64,000 bases of DNA from Neoechinorhynchus agilis (taxonomy: Eukaryota > Animalia > Acanthocephala), in assembly GCA_051530055.1 (NCBI GenBank), contig CM121342.1, forward strand, positions 6,013,489 through 6,077,488, given 5' to 3'. Shown piece after piece: positions 12,256 through 26,055 of this stretch (positions are counted from its first letter, which is position 1; each line of letters begins with the position of its first letter). A program made the position numbers and the translations under genes. The notes beneath the pieces are model-generated. The model worked only from the letters and a program-made list of their open reading frames with translations, had not been told where the DNA came from and made no database searches.

Positions 12256-12678
12256 TTGGACCAGGTTATAACTACTGCATTCGGGGTCGCTACGGTCAAT
12301 CGACTAAAGGTTGTTTATTTTGTAGCCAAAGAAAAAACCCCAAACCAATACCTGTGAAAAATCTTCATTGTCGCAGCGTCGGACTTTTGTAGAAAAAGTC
12401 GGTGGACCTAACCAAATGGAAAATTTTTTATGGAGAGCTTGTTAAAAGCACTTACAACTCATTCGAGATCGGAAATATCGCTCTTTTTCCTTTGGGACGC
12501 GTCGTTTGAAGGGTACGAGCTTTTGATTTCTATTTTTGCTCTTAGATCGACGATTATTTGGAGCCATTTTCGAATATATTGTTAAAAAAAACAAACGCGT
12601 TGATTTCGCTTCGTCAAGTGCACGACAGTGTAAATGTTCAAAAGTTATGTTTTTTTTTGATCGAATAAAGAACGAAGA

Positions 12679-12960
12679 TTATACATCCAAGGTTTTTTGA
12701 TTTCCATTGCGTTTGTGTTCACTTCTTTTTCTAGATCCGGTGCCATCAATGATGATTTTGACGAATAAGACTAGACCGACAGAGTCCGAGATTATTCCAG
12801 CCAGAATCGTTAAATTATTGGTACAAATGACTCCAGCAGCGGTCGTTACGACTCCAGCACTTAAGAAGAGAGCTGACACGTGAGGTAAGAATAACGAAAA
12901 GTCTATATTGCCAAGTCCAACAAGGCCGTATCTGATTGTGGGTCCGGATGTGAGAGGCAT
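12679..12960 (-). CDS. Hypothetical small membrane protein
   Basis: 93-aa ORF with about two hydrophobic stretches and a basic tail; no family recognised; may have further exons. Confidence 0.3.
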   Translation of the reverse strand: MPLTSGPTIRYGLVGLGNIDFSLFLPHVSALFLSAGVVTTAAGVICTNNLTILAGIISDSVGLVLFVKIIIDGTGSRKRSEHKRNGNQKTLDV

Positions 12961-13156
12961 TCCATATACACTAACGTTTTTCTTCGACTTTATATGGAAA
13001 TAGTGGCACAGCCTTCAAACACACTGCAGCTAAAGGCAACCAAAAAGAAGTGCTATTCAATTTGGAGCTGTCACTCATTCTCGTTTTTTATGAGACAGCT
13101 GAGGACAGCAGCTGACTGAAACTCACTTAAAAAACCATACACAAACATTAGAAAAA

Positions 13157-13488
13157 ATGAGCAATTTGAAGCTTTTTACACTATCGATATGTTTACTTGC
13201 GTTCAATTCACAAGCCTTCGAAATTAAAAAGTCCACTTCGAATCATAAAATAAGCAATTCTAATAGGAGTAGAAAGGTATATTTGTACACTCAAATCATA
13301 TTTAGTAATGAACTTTAAAGAATATGAGCCCACATCTCAACGAACTCTTACAAAAATGGATACTTCTCAAACGGAAATTCCGGGAATTCGCCAGTCAGGT
13401 TAATGGATTTGCAAGTACGGCCAGAAATGCTTTCTATGAAGCTAAAGGACATCTAGACAAAAAAGATTGGAAAAATAAAAGAGTTTAA
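13157..13488 (+). CDS. Two-exon small secreted basic peptide (95 aa), not in the ORF track
   Basis: Exon 1 13157-13276 encodes MSNLKLFTLSICLLAFNSQA-FEIKK...RSRK. A 44-nt GT-AG intron (13277-13320) leads in frame to exon 2, NMSPHLNELLQKWILLKRKFREF...KNKRV*. Confidence 0.55.
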
Positions 13489-13729
13489 TCTCAATTTTTT
13501 TACCAGAATAAAAGTACTTCAATAACATCAACATTTCCCATTAGAAAAAAAGGGAGAACGGACGTATATTTCGCTTCATTAACATGTAGATTAAAAACAT
13601 TTGTGTGGTTAAGTCAATCATCCATGCAAATTAAATCATGGATCATTTCCTTTGCTGGTTCATCAGAAACAAGTAGACGATGAAACCAATTTTGATGCTT
13701 GAAAAAAAAGAGAGCATCAATTCGACCGA

Positions 13730-14345
13730 GAGAGATATTTCGAGAGAACTCTTAGGGGTCATTTCAAAAGATTTTGGTTGTTTTATGGATCCGGTAAGCA
13801 AAAAGAGCGGACATTCGGTTCACTTTCCCCTCTCGAAATTGCGTCTCCAACTCTCCCAAAGGATTAATCCCAAAATGTTTATCCGGCAAATGGACCAAAG
13901 TCTTTTCCAGAAAGTGGTGGTTATTTGGTCCGAGACAGATATTTCCAGAGAATTCTTAGGGGTCATTTCAAAAGATTTTGGTTGTTTTATGGATCCGGTA
14001 AGCAAAAAGAGCGGACATTCGGTTCACTTTCCCCTCTCGAAATTGCGTCTCCAACTCTCCCAAAGGATTAATCCCAAAATGTTTATCCGGCAAATGGACC
14101 AAAGTCTTTTCCAGAAAGTGGTGGTTATTTGGTCCGAGACAGATATTTCCAGAGAATTCTTAGGGGTCATTTCAAAAGATTTTGGTTGTTTTATGGATCC
14201 GGTAAGCAAAAAGAGCGGACATTCGGTTCACTTTCCCCTCTCGAAATTGCGTCTCCAACTCTCCCAAAGGATTAATCCCAAAATGTTTATCCGGCAAATG
14301 GACCAAAGTCTTTTCCAGAAAGTGGTGGTGATTTCGTCCGAGGAA
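13730..14345. repeat. Tandem array, 204-bp unit, 3 near-identical copies
   Basis: gatatttccagagaattcttagg recurs at 13938 and 14142, with a slightly diverged first copy near 13734. Confidence 0.95.
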
Positions 14346-15392
14346 AGAGTAAGAGACCGAATGTCCGCTCTTTTCGCTTTCGCGAGCCATACAAAACAAA
14401 CTAAAATCTTTTTAAATATTTTCTATTTGAGCGGCAAGCAAAACCGATAATCCAAAAGACGCTCTTCTACTCAATCCAATCTGCAAAAGCGAATCTTGTT
14501 CTAATAGAAAGTTGAGATTGCCAAAGGAGAATCAATGTAAAAGACTGAGCAGAAATCAATTAGATTCATTGATGAAAATGTTAATTTGTTTTTTATAAGA
14601 TTGCATTAATGGCGATTGGAAATACAATCAACTAAAAAAATTATGGATCTCGCCAAAATTCAACAAGGCAAATTTCAATTGAATTCTTGAATAATCACAG
14701 AGGAACTTATTTTCCCGATTAATGTTTAACCAAAAGGAGGTTTTTCGTATCGATCAAACAGAACATCATTGAAAAACGCTCGTGATTGATAAAGTGACAA
14801 AGACTTGAGTGCTCTTAGAAGAAAAGTTGACAAAAGAAAATCTCAAGAGAATTGGTCGCAAATGCTAATTGTAAATGACAGTTGCCGGATTTTAAGAAAA
14901 GGTTTCGTCCGAAAAATTACATAAAACTTATAGAAAAAGTACTCGTTTAAAAAGAAAGGATAATTGAACACGATCCTGGGATGAAATAGGAAGTTTTCTC
15001 TACAATAAATCAGAAGATTCTCACATTTTCTACCACATAAAAAACAATCAATAAAGACAATTTTCGTGATAAAGAGAAATTCCGTTTTCTTGAAATGAAT
15101 ATAAAAATTAAATTCAAGGATCGACGTTAACATTTTAATGAAAAATCATCAAATGAGCAAAGAAATAATGAAAATAAAATCTTTTTGAACGAATAAAATT
15201 GTATAAAAATGACTTTAATTTAAAGGAATAAATAAAGACGGATTTTTCGTGATAAAGAGAAATTCCCTTTTCTGAAAATTTCTTCAACGGATGATAAAAA
15301 AAGACCCAGAGGAGCAAAAATAATTTAATCCTACGGAAGATAAATGCCCTTTGGCTAAAGAGGAACGACAAATACAATAATCGTGATTTAGA

Positions 15393-18300
15393 ATGACAAG
15401 TGATCAATCGATTGAACGTTTGATAGGTTCGTAAAATCGATTTATTGGCTAAAATTCCACCTTTTCTCGTATTTTGGACTTAGACTCATTGAAAGACTGC
15501 GATGCACTTAAAGAAGACAAAATTGGTGTTCAATTGAGGTATTTATCTATAAAGAAGATCTTTTAACAAAGCAAAAGATTCAGCATTGGTCGATCATTGA
15601 CGTCCGATAATCAATTTTTTATCCATTGGTTCACTTCTGATCCGCATTCATGCCTCGAGGAGATCGGACAGCGTATTAAAACCTCGGAAAATGATGTGGC
15701 TTCGATCAAAATAATCGATATTCCTTATTGCGATGCATTTTATCGAACAAAAGTCCCAACTTCTACGGATATCGGACGATTTTTATGTTTTAAAGGCACG
15801 GTGGTCCGGGTATCACCGGCCAAAATCTATAACCGATATCTTGAATTCGTTTGCCGTTATTGCCGCAATGTTGGAAGATCGTTTGCGGAATGGACGTGCT
15901 CCGGTGGAATATTATCGGCTATAATCAATAATAATAAGAATGTCTGTGCCGAATGTGCACGAGGCAGAAATGGTGAAGGTCCGAATGGAAAAAGCGGTAT
16001 GTGGAACTGCGTTGTGCCACTTTAAAAACTGTTCAAAATAACCAATATAGTCAAATATCCGTCGAAAAGAAAATCAATCGCTCATTGAACTCTTAAAATA
16101 TTGTTTTTATCGATTAGGATTTAAATTTGAAAGGTTTAAAGATGAGAAATCCGCTTTTACTTTAATAATAACTTTTTTTATAAGTTAAAATCCGTCTAAA
16201 AGAAAATCAATCACTCATTGAACTCTTGAAATATTGTTTTTATCGATTAGGATTTAAATTTCTAAGGTTTAAAGATGAGAAATCCGCTTTTACTTTAATA
16301 ATAACATTTTTTATAAGTTAAAATCCGTCTAAAAGAAAATCAATCACTCATTGAACTCTTGAAATATTGTTTTTATCGATTAGGATTTAAATTTCTAAGG
16401 TTTAAAGATGAGAAATCCGCTTTTACTTTAATAATAACATTTTTTATAAGTTAAAATCCGTCTAAAAGAAAATCAATCACTCTTTGAACTCTTAAAATAT
16501 TGTTTTTATCGATTAGGATTTAAATTTGAAAGGTTTAAAGATGAGAAATCCGCGTTTACTTTAATAATAACATTTTTTATAAGTTAAAATCCGTCTAAAA
16601 GAAAATCAATCACTCATTGAACTCTTGAAATATTGTTTTTATCGATTAGGATTTAAATTTCTAAGGTTTAAAGATGAGAAATCCGCGTTTACTTTAATAA
16701 TAACATTTTTTATAAGTTAAAATCCGTCTAAAAGAAAATCAATCACTCATTGAACTCTTGAAATATTGTTTTTATCGATTAGGATTTAAATTTCTAAGGT
16801 TTAAAGATGAGAAATCCGCTTTTACTTTAATAATAACATTTTTTATAAGTTAAAATCCGTCTAAAAGAAAATCAATCACTCATTGAACTCTTGAAATATT
16901 GTTTTTATCGATTAGGATTTAAATTTCTAAGGTTTAAAGATGAGAAATCCGCGTTTACTTTAATAATAACATTTTTTATAAGTTAAAATCCGTCTAAAAG
17001 AAAATCAATCACTCATTGAACTCTTGAAATATTGTTTTTATCGATTAGGATTTAAATTTCTAAGGTTTAAAGATGAGAAATCCGCGTTTACTTTAATAAT
17101 AACATTTTTTATAAGTTAAAATCCGTCTAAAAGAAAATCAATCACTCATTGAACTCTTAAAATATTGTTTTTATCGATTAGGATTTAAATTTGAAAGGTT
17201 TAAAGATGAGAAATCCGCGTTTACTTTAATAATAACATTTTTTATAAGTTAAAATCCGTCTAAAAGAAAATCAATCACTCTTTGAACTCTTAAAAATATT
17301 GTTTTTATCGATTAGGATTTAAATTTGAAAGGTTTAAAGATGAGAAATCCGCTTTTACTTTAATAATAACATTTTTTATAAGTTAAAATCCGTCTAAAAG
17401 AAAATCAATCACTCATTGAACTCTTGAAATATTGTTTTTATCGATTAGGATTTAAATTTCTAAGGTTTAAAGATGAGAAATCCGCGTTTACTTTAATAAT
17501 AACATTTTTTATAAGTTAAAATCCGTCTAAAAGAAAATCAATCACTCATTGAACTCTTGAAATATTGTTTTTATCGATTAGGATTTAAATTTCTAAGGTT
17601 TAAAGATGAGAAATCCGCTTTTACTTTAATAATAACATTTTTTATAAGTTAAAATCCGTCTAAAAGAAAATCAATCACTCTTTGAACTCTTAAAATATTG
17701 TTTTTATCGATTAGGATTTAAATTTCTAAGGTTTAAAGATGAGAAATCCGCGTTTACTTTAATAATAACATTTTTTATAAGTTAAAATCCGTCTAAAAGA
17801 AAATCAATCACTCATTGAACTCTTGAAATATTGTTTTTATCGATTAGGATTTAAATTTGTAAGGTTTAAAGATGAGAAATCCGCGTTTACTTTAATAATA
17901 ACATTTTTATAAGTTAAAATCCGTCTAAAAGAAAATCAATCACTCATTGAACTCTTGAAATATTGTTTTTATCGATTAGGATTTAAATTTCTAAGGTTTA
18001 AAGATGAGAAATCCGCGTTTACTTTAATAATAACATTTTTTATAAGTTAAAATCCGTCTAAAAGAAAATCAATCACTCATTGAACTCTTGAAATATTGTT
18101 TTTATCGATTAGGATTTAAATTTCTAAGGTTTAAAGATGAGAAATCCGCGTTTACTTTAATAATAACATTTTTTATAAGTTAAAATCCGTCTAAAAGAAA
18201 ATCAATCACTCATTGAACTCTTGAAATATTGTTTTTATCGATTAGGATTTAAATTTGAAAGGTTTAAAGATGAGAAATCCGCGTTTACTTTAATAATAAC

Positions 18301-21300
18301 ATTTTTTATAAGTTAAATTCCGTCTAAAAGAAAATCAGTCCCTCATTGAACTCTTGAAATATTGTTTTTATCGATTAGGATTTAAATTTGAAAGGTTTAA
18401 AGATGAGAAATCCGCGTTTACTTTAATAATAACATTTTTTATAAGTTAAAATCCGTCTAAAAGAAAATCAATCACTCATTGAACTCTTGAAATATTATTT
18501 TTATCGATTAGGATTTAAATTTGAAAGGTTTAAAGATGAAAAACAAAAACCCATTACTTTGATTGACGGTCAGCTATTTTCTGCTAATTTTTCATTCTTA
18601 AGGTTTTATTGTCTAAAATCAACGCTTATTTCAGATGTTAGACGTTTTCGAATTAAAAAATATCGAGAAAATCCGTAGGGATGGTGAATTTTGACTTGTG
18701 ATGAAGATAATCCGCGAAACGTTTCTCGAATTTTTCACTGAAAACAATGATAGATAAAGCGAGGGGGTTATGTTTCGAAATATTTCGCGAACAATAAAAT
18801 AATTTTTAACCGGATTCTTGATTCCCTGAAATTTTCATTGAAAGTTTTCTTGTTCTGATTGATCGCCCAAGCACTTAGAGGTCGGAAACGAAGATTGAAC
18901 GAATTGGGCGATCGGACAATTCACGTAGCGTTGAATTCAACGAACACTAATGATTATCAAGAAGTTCGGGTTCAAGAAATAAAAGATTCGGATATCATGG
19001 GTAATATTCCAAAAAGCATTCGTGTGCTCCTCGTCGGTTCCACCGTCGATACTTGCTCTCCTGGTGATCAAGTTATAGTCCGTGGAATAGTTATGCAGCA
19101 TTGGAAATCGAATCGTTCGCTTGAATCGGAACTAGTCTTGCACGCCAATACCATCACTGTAATCAGCATTGAAGACCACTTTCGGATGATTTCATTTCGG
19201 TATTCGTCTGAGGTTTTTGAACGTTTTTGGAAGCGCAATCAGAAGGATGTTATCGCGGGTCGTAACAAAATAGTGAGAAGTTTTTGTCCTGCTCTAATGG
19301 GTGGTTTATATTACGTCAAACTTTCGTTGGCACTTTGTCTCATTGGATCTGGATTAGAACGTAAATACATCGATGGATATAGGTTTCGATTATTCGTCGA
19401 TTTGTTAGAACAACATCAATGCGTCCAGATTCTCACCTCCTTCTAGCTGGTGATCCGGGCACTGGGAAGTCTGAAGTCCTTAGATTCGTAAAAGAAGTGA
19501 CTCCAAGATGTGTGATGACAAGTGGCACTGGGAGTACGGCTGCAGGTCTCACAGTTGCAGCCATCAAAGAGAATTCTAGTGATTGGCAACTTGAAGCGGG
19601 AGCATTAGTTCTAGCTGATTGCGGAGTTTGTTGTATTGATGATTTTTCGTCCATTCGAGTCCAAGAAAGAGCGAGTGTTCATGAGGCTATGGAACAACAA
19701 TCGGTCAGTGTAGCCAAGGCTGGCATGGTTTGTCAAGTACGTTCACGATGCACTGTGATAGCAGCTTGTAGTCATCTTGACAAGGAATTCGAAAGTTTGT
19801 CGGATTCTTTGGATATCGGAAACCCTTTACTCAGTCGATTTGACATCGTTCTCATCTTAAATGACAATGAAATCGGATTAAGCAACTCATGGACGAAGCA
19901 GCTGTGTCAAGCAGTTCTTAATGGACATGCCGGAACCAAGACTAAAGGAAACTTAACGGATGATGGATTTTGGCCTTTGTCCAGACTAAAGGCTTATATT
20001 ATGGCTGCAAAGACCAGACCTCCGTGTGAAATGACAAACGAAGCTAATGATCTGATTAATAAGTATTATTGCTATAGGCGGCAATCGGAAATGAGAGATA
20101 TATCCAGAACCAGTGTGAGACTATTAGAGAGTCTTATTAGACTTAGTCATGGTTAGTATGTAAATTTAATCAACTTTTGAAAGGAACACGTCTAAGAAGT
20201 CCTATTGGGCTTAAGTTAATTAACTTTTCTCCAATCAGAATGATACAAATCGTTTAATAAAAAATATTGACCCAAAGAAAATGACTCTTTAATCAACTTT
20301 TGAAAGGAACACGTCTAAGAAGTCCTATTGGGCTTAAGTTAATTAACTTTTCTCCAATCAGAATGATACAAATCGTTTAATAAAAAATATTGACCCAAAG
20401 AAAATGACTCTTTAATTAACTTTTGAAAGGAACACGTCTAAGAAGTCTTATTGGGCTTAAGTTAATTAACTTTTCTCCAATCAGAATGATACAAATCGTT
20501 TAATAAAAAATATTGACCCAAAGAAAATGACTCTTTAATTAACTTTTGAAAGGAACACGTCTAAGAAGTCTTATTGGGCTTAAGTTAATTAACTTTTCTC
20601 CAATCAGAATGATACAAATCGTTTAATAAAAAATATTGACCCAAAGAAAATGACTCTTTAATTAACTTTTGAAAGGAACACGTCTAAGAAGTCTTATTGG
20701 GCTTAAGTTAATTAACTTTTCTCCAATCAGAATGATACAAATCGTTTAATAAAAAATATTGACCCAAAGAAAATGACTCTTTAATTAACTTTTGAAAGGA
20801 ACACGTCTAAGAAGTCTTATTGGGCTTAAGTTAATTAACTTTTCTCCAATCAGAATGATACAAATCGTTTAATAAAAAATATTGACCCAAAGAAAATGAC
20901 TCTTTAATTAACTTTTGAAAGGAACACGTCTAAGAAGTCTTATTGGGCTTAAGTTAATTAACTTTTCTCCAATCAGAATGATACAAATCGTTTAATAAAA
21001 AATATTGACCCAAAGAAAATGACTCTTTAATTAACTTTTGAAAGGAACACGTCTAAGAAGTCTTATTGGGCTTAAGTTAATTAACTTTTCTCCAATCAGA
21101 ATGATACAAATCGTTTAATAAAAAATATTGACCCAAAGAAAATGACTCTTTAATAACTTTTGAAAGGAACACGTCTAAGAAGTCTTATTGGGCTTAAGTT
21201 AATTAACTTTTCTCCAATCAGAATGATACAAATCGTTTAATAAAAAATATTGACCCAAAGAAAATGACTCTTTAATTAACTTTTGAAAGGAACACGTCTA

Positions 21301-21840
21301 AGAAGTCTTATTGGGCTTAAGTTAATTAACTTTTCTCCAATCAGAATGATACAAATCGTTTAATAAAAAATATTGACCCAAAGAAATAATTAACTTTTGA
21401 AAGGAACACGTCTAAGAAGTCTTATTGGGCTTAAGTTAATTAACTTTTCTCCAATCAGAATGATACAAATCGTTTAATCGCTTTTGAAAGCTAATTTTTG
21501 GATTTCTAAAAATTAAAGAATTTTCATTAGACAAAGATGTAGTTTTAAATTTCTTAATTTAGCTCATGCTCGACTAATGTTCAAATGTCACGTGACGACT
21601 TTCGATGTTGTAGCCGTGATTGAACTTCTAGAAATCACATCTCAATCGAGTGATCTTCTTTTGGAAACTAGATCTCCTTTAAAGACGGATTTTCCAATAA
21701 ATCCAAAAGATCAATATCGATCAGCGACTCAGCGGATTCTAAGACATGGTTTCTTGTTCATCTTCAACGAACGAGAACTCAATGACATAAACAAACTGAA
21801 TATGAACCATCTAAATAAGCTCAATGAACTAAAACATTAA
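15393..21840 (+). CDS. MCM9: MCM9 helicase (6 exons; two introns filled with satellite)
   Basis: Inferred exons 15393-15426, 15484-15538, 15578-15996, 18929-19382, 19409-20152 and 21563-21840. Motifs: CRYC/CAEC zinc finger, DYQEVRVQE, HLLLAGDPGTGKS, GVCCIDDF, LLSRFD, RLLESLIRLSHAHARL. MCM9 rather than MCM8 from recalled motif similarity. Confidence 0.88.
16062..18540. repeat. Intronic tandem array, 133-bp unit, about 18.5 copies
   Basis: agaaaatcaatcactc recurs at 16201, 16334, 16467 and onward; lies in MCM9 intron 3. Confidence 0.97.
20165..21478. repeat. Intronic tandem array, 123-bp unit, about 10.5 copies
   Basis: aacttttgaaaggaacacg recurs every 123 bp from about 20172; lies in MCM9 intron 5. 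Confidence 0.97.
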
Positions 21841-21914
21841 TGTTATAAATTTCAAATAAAACGCAAACGTTCAAAACTTTTACAAGGACGCACGCGGGTG
21901 TAAAATGGTGGTGA

Positions 21915-24900
21915 TCAAGGACTAAAGACATTCTCAGGTGGTGATTCCATCATTGTACACGAGATAGCCGATGTTGTAGACGCTGTCATTGCTGTCGTCC
22001 AATCAAAATCCTTATCATCGGCAGTCTTCTGCGGAATAACCAATCGTCTCAGAGCCTCTGCATGTGACTCACTCATGTTTCGCTGAGCAACGTCAATCTG
22101 TGCGCTGATTGACACTAAAGTAGAGTTCAATTGTTGCTCGAGTTGAGCAGCTTCACTATGAAACTGACGTTCAAGACGACGCCGATTGGTTGCCTGAGCT
22201 TCCAAAAGTGCGTTCATTTCCGTCTCAAGCTCACGATGCAACATCTCTTGCTCAGCTCGATGCCTCTGCTCTAAGGCTTCACTCATTTGCTCTTTTAACT
22301 CACATAAAGACTGTTGATATTGTGCTTTTAGTCTGCTTCGATCATTACCCAATGATTCGGGATTATCTTTGTTCCCATTGCTGAGACAACGTCGATGTTT
22401 GTACCAACTACTTGATTGATCGGAAGATGAAGCCGTACTGGAATTATAAAACAATTGTGTTCGCTCCAAGGACAAACAATCTTGCTTGTATATCTCCTTT
22501 AACTTTGCAGCTCGTTCTTTGATTTTAGATGGAAGGCATCGTGTAGCAATCGCTTGTCTCTTCAGCATTTGCTTTTCTCGCTTTCGCATATATTCCTTCT
22601 GGTGAGTGATTTCGAGCTCCTCCTGCTTTTGCTGAAGCTCTTCTTTAAGTCTCTGATAAGTATCTAGGTTACTGCGTTGAGTGTCGTGGATCATCTCAAA
22701 GTGCTTTTTCCGAACTAAACCCATTTGACGTAAATGCTCTTCTTGAATAGCCATTTGCTAAATTAAAATCAGTAAAATGAACTATGGATTTTTTTTCAAA
22801 AGAAAACTACCTCCTTCAAATGCCTCACTTCTATCCCATGAAGTCTATTGTTTCTTTTATCCATCATAATTTTCCTATGGATTTCCAACTGCTCATTTAG
22901 TTGTACTTTCTTGGCTTCAATATCTTGCCTCATGTGGACTTTTAAATGTTCTTTATAGGCTTTTATAACGGCGCCTTTGGATCCAAGTAAACTCAAAGTC
23001 GATCCGGTTGTATGTGTGGAGGTAGTCATTGCCGACGGAGCTAATGAATTTCTCGAAGGTTGTTGACTAACGGATAGATCTCGCTTATAAGACTCTTTCT
23101 GCATTTTATAAAGTCTATCTTGTTCAATAGTGAACTTCTTCAGATCATTATTCATCTGACGTTCGCAATCCCGCATATCTTTCTTGATACGATTATCCAT
23201 GTGCTTTCGCCAATAGTTCATTTCCTTCTCGTGTTTACTCACGAGTTTCTCAAAGTCAGTCTCAAATCCAATCCGATGTTGTTCTTCTTCTTTATTACAT
23301 CTAGCGATCAACTCCTGTTCAGTCTGATAACATTTCTCGTGCAATGCATTTAAGCGTTTTTGGTGTTGCCTTCGCATTTGTCGATATCCACTAAATCCGT
23401 CCGTCCGTTGCTTCCGACTATCACAAGTACTAGTAGACTGGGAAGTCGATGAATTTCCCAATGCAAGCAGATCACTACTAGCAGCAGCAACATCATCCAG
23501 TCCGTTTATACGACGAGACATCGCTGTTGGACGAATAGTTGGGAATTTCAAATGGGGCATGTGAGACTCTAAAGCCCGGCTTAAACACTATACGCAAACA
23601 CAAAGTGAAGATTAATCGGCTAGACTGAATTGACAACACCAACCTGACTTAATGAACTTCGAGTGGAAAGTAGAGAAACTGGGCTTTGGGATGAGGAAGC
23701 CTTCAATCGTGATCCGTGAATTCCATCTTCGATCGATGCGATCTCTCCTATCGAGTCTAGTGAGACCAATCTAAACAAAAAGGACTAACCGTCGTCTTCA
23801 CCGGCTACACAATTTGCCAAGGAAAGAACTGCGAGCTTCTCCGCTAATGCTGCCTCACCAGCATCCCTCAATCTCTCCGAACTTAATCCTCGTCGGAACT
23901 TTACTTCTTCCTGTTCAAACAACAACAATGGAATCCGCTGGATTATTGGTCAGGCGAAAACGCGTGCCATTGAAACACTTTGAAGCAGTGACGGAAAGAG
24001 GAGTTATCCGAGACGTGAAATATCGAAATTTTGCTGAATTTTTGAATCAAAAGTGGGGAAATCTTTTGGTTTTCTAATAGAAAACACTGGTCGGTTTCAC
24101 TTTAACATCACAACCAAGAGTTTTGGGGAGTATTTTTGAGTCAAAAAGTCAGCAAAATTCCTCTTATTTTACGCCGAATTTGAAACCTTGAGAAAATTTA
24201 GAAGTTATCCGAGACGTGAAATATCGAAATTTTGCTGAATTTTTGAATCAAAAATAGGGAAATCTTTTGGTTTTTTATTTGAAAACACTGGTCGGTTTCA
24301 CTTTAACATCACAACGAAGAGTTTTGGGAAGTATTTTTGATTCAAAAAGTCGGCAAAATTCCTCTTATTTTACGCCGAATTTGAAACCTTGAGAAAATGT
24401 AGAAGTTATCCGAGACGTGAAATATCGAAATTTTGCTGAATTTTTGAATCCGGAGGGGGGCCGCCAAAACTTTAAGATCGAATACTTAATATCGACTTTT
24501 TTAGAACCATGAAAAAAAGTAATCTTAACGAAATCCAATATGGAAAATTAATCTTTTTATATTCTGTGTGAAAGGACTTTTTTGTTTGAAACCTTAGACC
24601 GAATGCGCTAAATTGTTTCGGAATTTTTTAAACTGCAAGTGTTCTTACAATAAAAAACATGGACAATAAAATGATTATGGACGCCATCAATTAGTTCGCC
24701 GTTTGACAAGTCCTTTTTACAAAAGTGGATACATTTCTATGCAAACAATGCTTTAGACGAACAAATGATGGCCAAAATGCATTTGATTAATTTTCATTAA
24801 ACTTATAAAACTTGTACAAAAAATGGCTATTAGGTGGTTAGAAAAATAGGATAATTACTTACCACTGAATCCTTATCACTACTTTCATCTTTTGAAGTTT

Positions 24901-26055
24901 CATCCGCTTTAATAGTATCTTCAATTATATCACAACTGTCGATTGACTGTTTATTGTTCAGTAGCTCCTTCTCGCTCTGACCGATCAATAAAAGTTTTTT
25001 CATCTTTTTCCGGTTTAGTTCATCGAGTTCCTGGACTGCAACCTTGGTTCTTGCGATCAAGTCCAAAAGGACCTGTCTTTTCGCACTTACAAGAATAAAT
25101 GGATCTTGCCGAAGTTGCTTAGCCGTCTTACGGTCAACTGGATCATTCTTAAGGCATCCATCAATAAAGGAACGAAATTCTGGACTCCATTTTGTTTCAT
25201 CCTTTAGCTGCGGTGGTCCGTTTTGAGCGATATAATAAAGAGCACTCATTGCATTCCATTTAAAATAGGGTGGCTCAAGTTCTGCCAATTCGATGCAAGT
25301 AATTCCAAGCGACCAAATATCCACCAGTCGATCATATTGGCCATCGTCCATCGATAAAATCACTTCGGGTGCCATCCAATAAGGAGTTCCGACAAAGCTC
25401 CCAGCCGGACACTCAAAAGAAGCAGTACCGAAGTCGCCAAGTTTAGCGATTCCTTGCTCAGTAATAAGAATATTACTTGCTTTAACATCCCTGTGAATTC
25501 TATTCAAATCGCGGATTCTTAAGCAAGATTAACCTTTTACAATGTTAAGAATCGGTGATGTAAACTGTGAATGTACTCAAGAGCAGCCAACGTATCGGCC
25601 AACAATGTAGCGATTTCACTCTCACTTAATGGTTTTTTGTGAACGATAACGAAATCGTTTGCGGATCCAATGCAATATTCCATTAGGAGCCAAACATGAT
25701 CTTCGTTAATATAACCGCCTTTAAATGCAACGCAGTGCTCATGATTTAGGGTTCTGATGAACTCAACTTCGTTCATGACATCTTTGAATCGCTCGTCTTC
25801 ATTCTTTTTCTTCGGTTTTAAACTCATCTTCTTCACTGCAACAATCTCAGATGAACAGTGTCTCGCGTAATAAACTGCTCCAAAGTTTCCGTGGCCAATT
25901 CGGTACATGTCCGTCAGTCGGCCGCAAACCTCAGGATTTTGTCGCAGTAAGCAGCTAGCGGCTTTAACGACGGATTTGGACGGTGAAACTGGGGGAACGG
26001 CTTTGGAATGAAGGAAGTAGCTCGTGAACTCGCCATGAGAACAAACTCGAGCCAT
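21915..26055 (-). CDS. TAOK: TAO (STE20-family) kinase, multi-exon
   Basis: [53 protein letters not shown], then FPTIRPT and the long coiled-coil C-terminus (22796-23560, 21915-22754). Extra small exons lie at about 23580-23960. The true 5' end is uncertain. Confidence 0.9.
24003..24450. repeat. Intronic tandem repeat, about 201-bp unit, 2.2 copies
   Basis: gttatccgagacgtgaaatatcg at about 24003, 24204 and 24405. Confidence 0.9.

Noticed and set aside
13680-14450. 256-aa ORF as a real repetitive protein
   Set aside because: It arises from a 204-bp repeat with near-zero divergence, including at synonymous sites, and has no recognisable domain.
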